A stretch of DNA of 64,000 nt, taken from Squalus acanthias. Its lineage: Eukaryota. Location of the stretch: NCBI GenBank assembly GCA_030390025.1, contig CM059438.1:63800001-63864000 (forward strand), given 5' to 3'. The position numbers and the translations under genes are program-made. Positions 36,699 to 50,456 of the stretch are shown here, one piece after another; the stretch's first letter is position 1, and the number at the start of each line of letters is the position of its first letter. Under the pieces are notes generated by a model. The model was not told the DNA's origin. It made no database searches and saw only the letters and a program-made list of their open reading frames with translations.

Positions 36699-38412
36699 GT
36701 ATCCTGTCCAGGACTGTAAGTCCTCTTGCAACAACATTGGGGCAAGATCCCGTTCACTAATTATTCACAATCATTGAGATGTGATCTTGTGTAACAGCTG
36801 GCCGAATGTATTGGATGGTGAATTTCTCTGGCATGTTAATTCCAGCAGGCAGAAAAAAAAATCCAACTTTAAATACGAAATGAAAACACCTATCACTTTT
36901 AACAGTGCAGAAATTAGATCCTGCTTTTTCGCAGAGTGAAAGTAATTTATTATATTAATTAGTGTCAGGAAGACAAATTTCTAAGGGACTGGGAGTCTTA
37001 TTGTGACAGAATGTAATTAACTCCTTCTCCCAGATAATCATTAATGTGCAGTAATGGTGAATCTCACTTTGAATTATTCAAGTTCCACTGAGGGTTTTGT
37101 CTGTCAGTTAATAAATAAATGCGAGAATGGAGAACGTGAAACTATATCAATAACTCTGGAAAAATTACCTATTACTACCTGGCACACAGAGAATGCGAGT
37201 GAATTGTAAGTCTCGGAGGGGTTTCTGTGTCGCTGCTCCTGCTGCTTATACTAGAGGGAGTTGGACCTAATTTCCTCTGTGAGATTTGATGGGATGTCTA
37301 ATTAGTTTCTACTTACCACCTGTCTAAGGCTCCGAGTGCACTCATTTACTCATTTGTGTTGTTCATAACCTCAAAATATCATTTTTCTTGAGAAGTGCAT
37401 GAAATGCCCACTGTTAGCACTAAGAGGTTCTCTGTTTAACATCTGTGATCCACACAGTATTCCATATGGAGCCAGTATCCCCTAGTATTCCAGGAAACTG
37501 CAAAGCAATCTCTCTTACAGTTCTTGCCAATTCATATCTTGCTTAAGCAACCCCCCCCCCCCCCTCCTCCCCCCCCCCCCCCCACACCACCCCCCTCCCC
37601 AAACCTGGTGATTATCCATTGTTACCTGTCCCAGCTGTGGGAACATTGACTGCAGAGAGCTCAGTGCAGCTTCACGTCATGGCTAACATTAAGTGAGTGA
37701 GTGCTCCCAGACCAGACTCCACTAAGTGTGATGGTCAGTGAGCTAACAGCTGCTGTAGAGGAAACTGCACACTTACCCGCAAGCGCATGCTGCGTAAACT
37801 GTTCAATCCTGCGGCTGTTGAGAGCCTTTCGTGATGGGGAAAGTTTAACCAGTTAATCTGACTGAACTTGTGGGAGTCCGTTTTTTACCGGGCGCACAGG
37901 CACGAATGGCCCTTTTACATTACAGGGCTGCTGCCAACAGCGTTGAGGACTCGTTCTATCAATGAGATGGCATAAATTACCACATCAAGAGGTGATTATA
38001 GTTTCCCTCACAGTGCCAGAGAACAGAGCAACTGGCAGCAAGCACAAACACAAAGGGACTAGCCCCAAAATAGCTTCTCCACTTCCCTTCCAGCAGCACA
38101 AAAGCCCCCAACCTCTCCCAGCTCACAACAGGACACCAATTGCACTCCCTCCCTGCTCCAGTTTCAGCCTTTGCTCTTGGCCTGTTCTGGCTTCTAGCCT
38201 CGCGAACCTCTCCGCTCCTTCGCACCTCGCTTCTTCTCAAACTCGAGCTGCACTTCCTCCACCCTCAGCCTCCGTCCTGAGCCTTCCTGTCCTAGACACC
38301 CTGACCCCAGCTCTCTCGCCCCGTGATTCTGTGGTTCCAGAGCCGGATGCTTGCATTTTGACTCCACACAAATACAGTAATGTCAATGATCTGTAATCAC
38401 TTAGCACTAAAA

Positions 38413-39610
38413 GGAAAGAAAGACTTGCATTAGTATACTTGCCTTTCTTGACCTCAAGACGTCCCAGAGTGCTTTACAACCAATGAAGTACTTTTAAAAT
38501 GTAGTCACTGTTTTAATGTAGGAAACCCGTCAGTCAATATGCACACAGCAAGATCCCACAAGCAATAATGTGATCATGACCAGATAATCTGTTTTAATGA
38601 GGTTGGTTGAGAGGTAAATATTGGACAGGACACCAGGTCGAAATACTCCTTTCTTCTTTGAAATAATGCCATGGGATCTTTTACGTCCACCTGAGAGGGC
38701 AGACATGGGAACTCGGTTTAACATCTCATCCGCAAGATGGCATCTCCGATAGTGCAGCGTAAGAACATAAGAAATAGGAGTAGGCCATTCGGCCTCTTGA
38801 GCCTGCTCCGCCACTGAATAAGATGGCTGATCTTCGACCTCAACTCCACCTTCCTGCACTATCCCTTTATCTCCTGGTTTCCTTAGTATCCAAAAATCTA
38901 TCGATCTCTGTCTTAAATACACTCAACGGCTGAGCGTCCACAGCCCTTTAGGGTAGAGAATTCCAAAGATTCACAACCCTTTGAGTGAAGAAATTTCTCC
39001 TCATCTCTGTCCTAAATGGTCAACCCCTTATTCTGAGACTGTGACCCCCAGTTCTAGACTCCCCAGCCGGGGAAACATCCTCCTATCATCTACCCTGTCA
39101 AGCCCTTTAAGAATTTTATATGTTCCAATGAGATTATTTCTCATTCTTCTAAACTCTAGGGAATATAGGCCTAGTCTACTCAATCTCTCCTCATAGGACA
39201 ATCCCCCCATCCCAGGAATCAGTCTAGTGAACCTTCATTGCACTCCCTCTAAGGCAAGTATATCCTTCCTTAGGTAAGGAGACTAAAACTGTACACCATA
39301 CTCCAGGTGTGATCTCACCAAGGTCCTATAATTGCAGTAAGACGTCTTTACTCTTATACTCCAATTCTTTTGTAATAAAGGTTAAAATACCATTTGCTTT
39401 CCTAATCGCTGCTGTACCTGCATGTTAACTTTCAGTGATTCGTGTACAAGACACCCAGGTCCCTCTGAGTACCAACATTTCCCAATCTCTCACTATTTAA
39501 TAAAGTACTGCGCTGGAGTGTCAGCCTAGATTTTGTGCTCAAGTCCCAAGAGGGTGACTTTAACCAACAACCTTCTGACTCAGAGGTGAGAATGCTATGA
39601 CTGAGCCACT
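38413..39610 (-). mobile_element. Deu-domain SINE split by a CR1 insertion
   Basis: The SINE 3' part (38413-38759) and head (39505-39610) flank the CR1. Confidence 0.82.
38760..39500 (-). mobile_element. CR1 LINE 3' fragment nested in a SINE
   Basis: LSYEERLSRLGLYSLEFRRMR motif; TAAGAACA tail. Confidence 0.92.
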
Positions 39611-41261
39611 AGCAAAGAAGCCATAACTTTACAGAATAGTTCAGCTTCTGTTGAGGACTGTGAGTAAGAATGATTTCGATTTTGATTTGCCCAATGGAGT
39701 CCAGAATTAGCAGAAGCAGATTTCAAAATGAATTCAAAACAGAGTCCTTAACATCCTGGGGATGATTATTCCATGCTCAGCTGCTCCATGATGCGCAACG
39801 CAGATGTTTGGTAGCTCTGGGAGAAGCTCAAAGTTTTCAGATTCAGAAACCAAAACCCTGATGCTCAGTCTCAACAAAACAGGACCTTCTGGGCTCAGTG
39901 CCACCAAAAGCCATTTCCAGAATGAGTGTTTATTCACTGGATAAACAGCAGCAAAGGTACACACAGTCAACAGTTTTATCTGCAGTACAGCAAGTCCATA
40001 GCTGGCAGTGGACAGAATACTGTTTAAAGCAGATAGCCCTCTAAATTCAAGTCATGATGAAGAACAACTTGAAAGAACATCTTTTAGAAAGAGCTGTGAA
40101 GAACTGCACTTTGTTTCCATACAAAAGATCTCAATAAACCATAATTACAATGAATTTTGCTGTCACTGTGATAAAGTGGCATTACATTACTTACAATTCT
40201 GTTTCTTTCATTAAGAATAACTGAGTGGGCTGCTGTTCTACTGATTGTGGGCTCAGGTGCCTGGGGAATTTCCCAGATTTCATTTATAATGCAGTAGCAG
40301 CTTGCAAGAGCAGCGCTCAATTCCTTACCTGAAGTCTGATTGCATCGTACACCGCAGTCCCCTTAAGGATAGAGAATATACACTGAAGGTCAAATCTCTG
40401 TGATTTTCAATGTATAGAAATGCACGTCAGCATTGCGACATGGAATTAATTGCAGTAGAACAGGAGCTTGCCAATTTTGATTGGGACAGCAAGTATTTTA
40501 TTTCTCGCCTGTTAACTTGGCCCATGATTTGTAGCATTGTTATAGCTGATTTAGTCACGTGCTAGTAAACTCTTGAAGCACTTTCTGAAGGAAATGGGCT
40601 GGATAGATTTATTGTCCATAGAATCTGGTCTCTGTTGAAAATGCTTTTCACTTGATGATGAGTGTTGCTATTGATGTTCCTTCTGGTCATGGCGCAGGTT
40701 TGATTTGTGACAGTCTAAAGTTCATTCATTGACAAACTTCTGTGAATTAAAAAAGATGATTGTTCAACAATCCCGTCAACATTGGAAAAAAATTCCAACT
40801 CACGGCGCTCACCGCAAGATGCCCCCCTCCAGCAAATTCTGGGCCAATATTTATTTCTTCCAGTCTGAACTCAGATTAAATCTGGATCTTTTGACTGGCA
40901 GATGGAATGCCAGTATTAGGTAGCAACTTCCTGCTTCTGATTGTTCCAATTGGCCCAGTCACCCAGCCCAACCTTGCACCTAAAATGCCTTTCAAGTAAT
41001 GACAAAAAGTGTCTTTGATCCAAGACCAACTTGTGGTCAATCATACCAGTTGGCGCATGGTTGAATGCTTTGAAGTGATCAGGGAAATAAAGTAATGGAG
41101 CATTTATGCAATGCAGGGTCCCAATTGGAATGGAAGCGAAGAGAAATGTCACGACTTTGGTCACATAAAATCTTTCCCTGTTAAACTCTCGAATTTCTTT
41201 CTAGATTTAAGCTTAAGTGTGGGAATTGCTTACGTGGAGATGGGGAGATAATTGACACAAT

Positions 41262-41990
41262 GGCCCGTATTTTCCGATCGGAGGCTTCCTGCGTGCGGAG
41301 GCCTCCGATCTGGAAAAAAATCTACGCCCTTACCGGAGGGCTCCAGAGGTCCGGCCATTTCCAATCTTGGGCCTCTCCATGACGAAATGCGCAGGGCCCA
41401 GGTATCCCAGGGGTGCAGGCGGTTCACGAGCATCCCTGGGATCACGTGGGCCATGGGCAGCCATTGGGAGAAGGGAATCTCCCTTCATACTTTTGACAGA
41501 TAGACCTGTCAAAAGTATGAATGCAGATCACTCCAAAAACACATCAAAACATTAAATACATTTTTTTTTATAAATCACGTTTTTAAAATGAGTTAAAATT
41601 ACATTAAATTAAATATTAAACAAAAATTTAATTTTTTGAAAAAAAAAAATGTTTTTTACGGGGCTAAAAATAAACTTACCTTTTTTAAAAGTATTTTTAA
41701 ATTATAAATGAGTGAATTTTTTTTTTTTTTTTTTACTTTTTTAAACTCTTCTGCTGGTAAAAGCAAGCCTTACACCTGCTTTTACCAGGCGTAAGATTTT
41801 TAAGGGATTTCAGCGGGCGGAGGTTCTGCAGAAAGCGGAACTCTCCACCCGCAGAGGCTCTTCTCCGGGGCAGATCGGAAATGCCGGTTTTCAGCGCATG
41901 CGCTTCGCATGCCTGAAACTGGCATTTGCGAGGTCCCTACGGGTGTGTACACAGCGCGTACACACCCGTAGGGATCGGAAAATAGGGGGC
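41262..41990. mobile_element. Harbinger-type MITE (729 bp), structured family copy B
   Basis: TIR GGCCCGTATTTTCCGATC / GATCGGAAAATAGGGGGC (16/18); TSD AAT. Confidence 0.88.
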
Positions 41991-42097
41991 AATGTTGTGA
42001 TGTGGTCTTGTGATTCTTTCTGTTAAAATTCTTTGTGGCCTTAACAGTTGGGGCATTAAAGCTTTCTTATTACATCCAAAACAAAACCTACCATCAC

Positions 42098-42525
42098 ATC
42101 ATAGAAGCATACAGTACGGAAGGAGGCCATTCAGCCCATCGTGTTTGTGCCTGCTTTTCGAAAGAGCTATCCAATTAGTCCCACTCCCCCGCTTTTCCCC
42201 ATAGCCCTGCAAATTTTTCCTTCATCAAGTATATATTCAATTCCCTTTTGAAAGTTACTATTGAATCTGCTTCCACCGCCCTTTCAGGCCGTACATTCCA
42301 GATCAGAACAACTTGCTACATTAAAAAAAAATTACTCATCTCCCCTCTGGTGCTTTGGTCAATTATCTTAAATCTGTGTCCTCTGGTTACTGACCCTCCT
42401 GCCAGTGGAAACAGTTTCTCCTTATTTCTCTATCGAAACCCTTCATGATTTGAAAACCTCTATTAAATCTCCCCTTAACCTTCTCTTCTCGAAGGAGAAT
42501 AATCCAAGCTTCTCTGGTCGCTCCA
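42098..42525 (-). mobile_element. CR1 LINE 3' fragment
   Basis: Reverse-complement homology to 12176-12628. Confidence 0.85.
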
Positions 42526-43124
42526 TAATTTCAGATTGCACCTCATTTTTTTCCTATTCATCCGACAAATAAAACTTGCTATCCTTCCTCTCTTGGCACA
42601 GTAACATCTTTGTGAAACAACCCAAGAAACTTCTATTGGCCGCATTAATCATTGGTCTTCATGGGTGAAAGCATGGAATTGAAACACCTTTGACCTTTTA
42701 TCTCACTGAGTTCATGAAATCATCATGGGCAAAACCAATATTGCTCTCTAACTCAGTGTCCTCAGAATTCCTTTGGATCTCAATGCAGTGAATGCAGTGA
42801 ACTGCTGGCATTTATATATTGCATTTAATATATAACATAAGGTTCTTTACAAAATATAAATAAAGGGAGGAACTGATGCGAATCAGGAGGCTTTGGTGAG
42901 GAAGAAGGAATGGATCATGAGTTGTTAAGAGCAGGGAAATGTTATACCAAGCAAGGCATCTTATGTGGGCTGCATAATGTGGGATGGTCAGTTCCATGGG
43001 TCTGTCCTTGCATGGTCCCATTCCTTAGTATCCAAATACAGCTAGTGCATCTCCAGCAAATGGCTTCGTTTCTCTCCCCCACACTGGCACCTATGGGTTC
43101 CCAAGCACAGGGTTAGTTTTTACA

Positions 43125-44492
43125 GGTACACCAATGATACCCAGCTCTACTCTCCTCTATGGTGCTCACCTGTCCATTGCATCTGTGCTGTCAGGCCGCT
43201 TTCCCGACATCAAATCTTGGATGAGTCACAACTTCCTTCAGCTCAACATCAGGAAGACTGAAGCCATCGTTAACAGTTGCTGCCACAAACTCCCCTCCCT
43301 GGCCACCGACCCACGATGAATTGCGTCGTTTGTAATCTTGGCATTCTGTTGAAACCTCAGCCGAACTTTAAACCCCACATCTTATCTAGCACCAAGACCT
43401 CTTACACACACCTCTGTAACATGGTCTGTCTCCACCCCCACTTCAGCCCCTCTCATGTTGAAACCCTCATTCGTGTCTTTGTCACCTCCAATGTTACTCT
43501 AATGCACTCTTTGCTGACCTCCCATCCTCCCCCCCTCTGTATATGCCAACTAGTCTCCATGAGATAGGGGTGCTATTATTGGCCTCAGTGCCCTTAGGCT
43601 GAAGAGGGAAAAATTGGGTAAATTTCCCACACTTGACCACTATCCAATAACCCTTGCTGGAAACAAGTATGTGTGCATGTTACGTGAGGTCAGGAACAGC
43701 TTCAGATGTGGGGTTCAGAGGTGATACTCTCACCTCCGCATCAGAAGGTTGTGAGTTCAAGCCCCACTCCAGAGACTTGAGCATATAATCCACGCTGACA
43801 CTTCACTGCAGTACTGATAGAGTGCTGCGCTGTTGGAGGTGTTGTTTTTCAGATGCGATGTTAAACCAAATTCTCCCTGGTGTCCTGGCCATATTTATCC
43901 TGCAACCAATGTCAATAAAAAACAAATTATCCGGTCATTATCACATTGCTGTTCGTGGGAGCTTGCTGTGCGCGAATTGGCTGCTGCGTTTCCTACATTA
44001 CAACAGTGACTACACTTCAAAAATACTTGATTGGCTGTAAAGCACTTTGGATCGTCCTGAGGCTGTGAAAGGCGCTATATATATTTGCAAGTTCTGTCTT
44101 TTTTTCCATCCCTGTGGTCGCATAGTTTACTGACGCTCACTGTTAAGATTCACACGTGAATAATGGCCACTTGTGTGAGGTAGTGGAGGGTGACTATATC
44201 CCAGAAAGGATCAATGCCTGCAGAAGAGGAGGGAGGGTGGGGCAGAATTGGCAAGAAGAAATTAAGATATTAGTGAGTAACACTGGCCCATATCTCTGGA
44301 ATCCCCTGCCTAAACCGCTCCGCCTCGCTACCTCTCTTTCCTCCTTTAAGACGCTCCTTAAAACCTACCTGTTTGACCAAACTTTTGGTCACCTGCTCTA
44401 ATTTATCCTTCTGTAGCTCGGTGTCAAATTTTGTGTCTTAAAATAATCCTGTGCGGCGCCTTGGGATGTTTTACTACAAGTTGTTGTTGTGT
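43125..44492 (+). mobile_element. Fragmented L2-clade LINE (RT remnant ~43125-43550; 3' end ~44290-44492) with intervening repeats
   Basis: DIKSWMSHNFLQLNIRKTEAI and LWNPLPKPLRLATSLSSFKTLLKTYLF are L2-type motifs. The two pieces may be separate copies. Confidence 0.7.
43720..44105 (+). mobile_element. Deu-domain SINE
   Basis: B box, Deu core and tail present. Confidence 0.82.
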
Positions 44493-45382
44493 TGATGTGT
44501 AGAATGGCCCCATTAGCAGGGCCCTGGAACTTCCACTCTAATTATATCGAATTAAAGTCTAGAAATACAGAGACCATTAACACCCCCCACCGCCCCCCCA
44601 TTTATCTTCCCTCCAGAAAGCAGTGAAGGGGTCACTGATGTTATGACAAAACATGTGTAAGTCCGAGTAAAATGAAATTGCGGTTTGTGTCTTCCTTGAA
44701 GGTAATTGTGTAATTAGCAGTGGAAGGTTGAAGCCAGATATCTCAGGCTAAAAGTAGTGTGATTAATTTGAACAGTACAGACATCACATCACACAATGTG
44801 TTCAGTGTCTATTTAGACCGACGTGATTGTCCAAATGGAAGCTGGAGTCGAACATTTTCTGCTGGTGGCTCTTTCGTGCATTTCTCATCCTTTGTACAAA
44901 ATTACTTCCAATATATTAAATAACTTACCCTGAAACTTATTCCCTGTGCTTGTTGTTTCACTTGTCCCAGTTAATAGAATTTCCAAATCAATATTAATAT
45001 GTGTGTAAAAACCCAATAACATTTTTGCTACCAAAAATGATGAAAATAACCACTTCAATGCTTCAGTTTGGTAAACCATTATGCAGCTAGAGCCAGACAG
45101 AGCAGAAGGTCCAAGGTTTGATTCCTGGTGTGTGCAGAGTGACATGAATCTTGTCATTCATGTGGAAATGACTTATGAAATAATACTGGGTGGCCTGCTG
45201 GTGGCGCTGTCCAGGGAGAGTATAAATACTCGGGCATGGGCCCAGCTTGCTCAGGACATTCTTTAACAGGAACTACTAAAGGACACAACTAGACCTCCAT
45301 GTTGAAAAACAGTTGATTAAAGCTTTGTTTAACGCTTAGACCAAGTGCCTAGTAGTTTTCTTACGTCACAGAGTTTGCTGAT

Positions 45383-45808
45383 TAAGAACATAAGAACGTA
45401 AGAAATAGGAGCAGGAGTAGGCCATACGGCCCCTCGAGCCTGCTCCACCATTCAATGAGATCATGGCTGATCTTCTAACTCAACTCCACTTTCCCGCCTT
45501 ATCCCCATATCCCTTGATTCCCTAAGTGTCCAAAAATCTATCAATCTCAGTCTTGAATATACTCAACGACTGAGCATCCACAGCCCTCTGGGGCAGAGAA
45601 TTCCAAAGGTTCACAACCCTCTGAATGAAGAAATTTCTCCTCATCTCAGTCCTAAAGGGCTGACCCCTTATTCTCAGACTGCGACCCCTGGTTCTCGACT
45701 CTCCAGCCAGGGGAAACAGCCTCTCGGCATCTACCCTGTCAAGCCCTGTAAGAATTTAATACGTTTCAATGAGATCACCTCTCATGCTTCTAAACTCCAG
45801 AGACTATA
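45383..45808 (-). mobile_element. CR1 LINE 3' fragment
   Basis: Reverse complement of the 23747-24170 type. Confidence 0.9.
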
Positions 45809-46162
45809 GTCGTATAGAGTGCTGCAGTTGGCCTCAGTGCCCCTGGGATAGGGAGGCAAACTATCAACTGCAATTTGTTGATGTGCAGTAAGTTTTGCAT
45901 CGTCGTGGATGACAAGTTAGGATAGGTTTGGGCTTCACTGTCATGCCCGCCCACCCCCAAGGTAGAAGAGTCCGATGACACTCACTGTCTCCCAGTTTCT
46001 TAATGAGATGGGGATAAATTGTAGAGCATCACGAGGAGAGGCTGGAGAAACTCAGCTCCTTTCTGTCAGAAAGAAAGAAAGAAAGAAATACTTACATAGT
46101 ATTACATAGTATTTACAGCACAGAAACATGCCATTCAACCCAACAGGTCCATGCCAGTGTTT

Positions 46163-47873
46163 ATAAGAACATAAGAACATAAGAAATAGGAGCAGGAGTA
46201 GGCCAATCGGCCCTTCGAGCCTGCTCCGCCATTCAATAAGATCATGGCTGATCTGATCCTCACCTCAAATCTAAAGAACACAAGAAGTAGGAGCAGGACC
46301 CGGCCACTCAGCCCCTGGGCCCGCTACGCCACCCACAGGGCCTCGACCGATCCGAACTCAGCCTCATGTCCAATTTCCTGCCCGCTCCCCGTAACCCCTA
46401 ATTCCCTTTATTTCTAGGAAACTGTCTATTTCTGTTTTAAATTTATTTAATGATGTAGCTTCCACAGCTTCCTGGGGCAGCAAATTCCACAGACCTACTA
46501 CCCTCTGAGTGAAGAAGTTTCTCCTCATCTCAGTTTTGAAAGAGCAGCCCCTTATTCTAAGATTATGCCCCTTAGTTCTAGTTTCACCCATCCTTGGGAA
46601 CATCCTTACCGCATCCACCCGATCAAGCCCCTTCACAATCTTATATGTTTCAATAAGATCGCCTCTCATTCTTCTGAACTCCAATGAGTAGAGTCCCAAT
46701 CTACTCAACCTCTCCTCGTATGTCCACCCCCTCATCCCGGGGATTAACCGAGTGAACCTTCTTTGTACTGCCTCGAGAGCAAGTATGTCTTTTCTTAAGT
46801 ATGGACACCTAAAACTGTATGCAGTATTCCAGATGCGGTCTCACCAATACCTTATATAACTGCAGCAATACCTCCCTGTTTTTATATTCTATCCCCAAGC
46901 AATAAAAGCCAACATTCCGTTGGCCTTCTTGATCACCTGCTGCACCTGCATACTAACTTTTTGATTTTCTTGCACTAGGACCCCCAGATCCCTTTGTACT
47001 GCAGTACTTTCCAGTTTCTCGCCATTAAGATAATAACTTGCTCTCTGATTTTTCCTGCCAAAGTGCATAACCTCACATTTTCCAATATTGTATTGCATCT
47101 GCCAAATCTCTGCCCACTCACCCAGCTTGTCTATATCCCCTTGTAGGTTTTTTATGTCCTCCTCACTTTCTACTTTCCCCCCCATCTTTGTATCATCTGC
47201 AAACTTTGATATGTTACACTCGGTCCCCTCCTCCAAATCGTTAATATAGATTGTAAAGAGTTGGGGACCCAGCACCGACCCCTGCAGAACACCACTGGCT
47301 ACTGGTTGCCAGTCCGAGAATGAACCATTTATCCCAACTCTCTGCTTCCTGTTAGATAACCAATCCTCCACCCATGCCAGAATATTCCCCCCAATCCAGT
47401 GATTTTTTATCTTGAGCAATAATCTTTTATGTGGCACCTTGTCGAATGCCTTCTGGAAGTCTAAATACACTACGTCCATTGGTTCCCGTTTATCCACCCT
47501 GTACGTTATGTCCTCAAAGAACTCAAGCAAATTTGTCAGACATGATTTCCCCTTCATAAAGCCATGCTGACTTTGTCCTATCAAATTATGTTTATCTAAA
47601 TGTTCCGTTACTGTCTCCTTAATAATAGACTCCAAAATTTTACCCACCACAGATGTTAGACTAACTGGTCTATAATTTCCAGCTTTCTGCCTACTACCCT
47701 TTTTAAATAAGGGTGTTACATTAGCAGTTTTCCAATCTGCCGGGACCTTTGCTGATTCCAGGGAATTTTGGAAAATTATTACCAAAGCATCCACAATCCC
47801 TATTGCCACTTCCCTCAAGACCCTAGGATGTAAGCCATCAGGTCCAGGGGATTTATCCACCTTGAGTCCCATT
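46163..47873 (-). mobile_element. 5'-truncated CR1 LINE, RT domain still open (46889-47872, 327 aa)
   Basis: KSPGPDG, NYRPVSLTS, YLDFQKAFDKVPH, QGSVLGP and KFADD lie in one uninterrupted frame. Confidence 0.96.
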
Positions 47874-47914
47874 ATGCTCCAGGCCAGCCTCCTCCCACCT
47901 GAGGGTGGTGGATA

Positions 47915-48098
47915 CAGATTTCATAGCAACCCTCAAAAGGGAATTGGATAAATACTTGAAGGAGAAAACATTGCAGGGATATGGGGAAAGAGCGGGAGAG
48001 TGGGACTAACTGGATTGCTCTTCGAAAGAGCTAGCGCAGATTGGATGGGCCGAATGGCCTCCTCCTCTGCTGCACTATTTTATGATTCTATGATTCTA
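47915..48098 (+). mobile_element. CR1 3' tail fragment
   Basis: (ATTCTATG)n tail. Confidence 0.8.
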
Positions 48099-48482
48099 TC
48101 TAACCCCATCAACATGTCCGTCTATTCCTTTCTCCCTCATGTGTTTATCTAGCTTCCTCTTAAATGCATCTATGCTATTTATACAGCACCTTTCATGACC
48201 TTGGGACGTCTCAAAGCGTTTAACAGCCAGTGAAGTAGTTTTGAAGTATAGTCACTGTTGTAATATAGGAATGTAGTTGCAATGTAGGAAACGCGGCCGT
48301 CAATTTGTGCTCAGCAAGTCCTGCAAACAGCAATATGATAATGACCAGGCCATTTGCATTTAGGTGTTGGCTGAGGGATAGATATTTGCCAGGGAGAACA
48401 GAAAAGTTTAAGAGGAGATGGTGATGATGGTCTTCAAAATTGTAAGACGTTTTGATAAAATAAAATGGTGAAAACTGTTTAC

Positions 48483-48790
48483 GAACATATGAAAATGACG
48501 GGTAGGAAAAGACCAGCTGGTCCATCAAGCCTGCCCCACACTCATGGTGCCCGGAGCATTATAACTAGGCACTGCCTACCTTCTTAATTGCCATGTATCC
48601 TCCTAGAAGAGGCAAAAACCCCCCAGAAATTCCCAGGGCCATTAAGGGGGGGAATAAATCTGGAAAATTCCTCTCCGACCTTCTCAGGCGATCGAAACCA
48701 GTCCAGGAGATCACATTGGCCATGTGTGCGTTAACTTTTAAGCCACTTACCCTTTAAATGATGCGATCACTGTCCCAGCCAAGAACTGGT
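48483..48790 (-). mobile_element. CR1-like 3' UTR fragment
   Basis: Homologous to 28392-28700. Confidence 0.55.
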
Positions 48791-50456
48791 GAATGAGTCA
48801 GTAACTAGGGGGCCACAAAAGTAATACAATTAACCAAAGGATAAAGGGAGTGGTTCAGACATTATTATTTCCTGCAGAGGGTTGTTAGGACAAGGAAGGA
48901 ACCACTACGTACAGCGGTGGCAACAAAATCCGTAATCAGCGTGTGCCAGCTGTGCTCAGTGGGTAGCACTCTCTAGGAGGGAGGGGCTAGGAGTGAGCAG
49001 GTGCTGCTGGTTGCTTGATTACAGCAGGGAGTTGGAGTGAGTTTGTAAAAAGTTGGTGGTGGTTTTATTTTCCAGTTTTAGGGTCTTTTTGGTCCATAAA
49101 CAGCAGCCAGATGGCTGCTGAGGGGAGGTACCCTCAGAGGACAGTGTTTCCAGGATGGATTTAATCAGGGGAGAAAATGTTGGGGGAAGGGAGAAAAAAA
49201 GGCCCAAAGATTTGGGCCGGGACCCCAGGAGGATTGGAAAAGAAAACACGGTGGTGATTCATTGCGGGGATAAGGAGATACGAGCTTGGGATATTATCCA
49301 GGCGGGACATGAGGACTGTGGTGAGGGAAGCTGCTTTGCCTGCCGACCAAAGCCGAATGTTGGGTTTGAGGTGACGGTCAGAGGCCAAGAGGAGGTGGAA
49401 AGACTTTTACTCAGTTTGAAGGTTGGTGATAAGTTCTTGGAGGTATCTCTGCTATATTCGGAAGAGGTGGTGGTCTCATTCTTAAACTTGCCAGTAAATA
49501 TTGAGGACGATGTGCTAATCAAAAAATTAGAGTCGTGGGGCATTAAAATTTGCTCAGCAATAAAGAGGACATACTATCCTGGAACACGGGTAACAGATGG
49601 AACCTGTTACGTAAAGGTGCGGTTCCCAGAGGTGGTGAAGTCATTGCCGTATAGCATGAAATCTGAGGCAATGGAAGGAGTGCAGTACTTCCAGGTACTG
49701 CATGATAACCAAGTGAAGGTTTGTTATTATTGTCTTGGACACAATCGTCTTGTAAGAAACTGTCCAGACTTGTAATGTTATAATTGCGGCGAGTCTGGAC
49801 ACATCGCTTGGAGCTGCAAGGCGGAGAGCTGTGGGGTGTGTCACAAGGGTCCCACCCACTGTGAGTGTGAGGCAGAAGGAAGCTCCTTGAGTGACGAGGA
49901 GATGGGAGAAGGAGCAGCAGGTATGAGTGGAATGGCCAGAGGAGCAGAGCAGGCGGAAGACACAGCTGGTGAACGGAAGGAGAAAAGAGCACAGGAAGAG
50001 GCAGAAAATAGCAGAGCAGAGAACAGGATGGAGATGGTGGAAAACACACCAAGTACAGTGGAAAAGGACAAAGACAGCAGAGGGCAGCACGGGTCGAGGG
50101 CAGAGTCGAGCCATAATATGGTTCAGCTCTCCCTAAAGAATCTGGTGTTTGCGGGGGGAGAGGAGGCGGGAGCGGGGTGCGTGGTAAATGTGAGTACTCC
50201 AAAGAAAGTCGGGGAGTCGGACATCTCGGAGAGCAGGAGGGGGCAAGACAAGGAGAGGGTGCAAGAGGCAGGAGCCTTAAAGGGGCAGCAGGACGTGAGT
50301 GGCGAGACAAAGACGCCAAAAGGGAGCAATATAGGTGCGCCATTGTCCCAGAGAGAGAAGAAACGGGGAGCATGGGTCAGCGGTGGAGATGAGGCCGAAG
50401 GGAGCGGCACTGTTGGAGAAACCGTGATAGCAGGAAGACTCTCGAAGGGAGATTAT

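Noticed and set aside
37551..37600. Poly-C / G-quadruplex tract
   Set aside because: Simple low-complexity run with nothing else supporting a function.
46889..47872. 327-aa RT ORF as a domesticated gene
   Set aside because: It is a 5'-truncated CR1 with a downstream frameshift; the open frame reflects young age.
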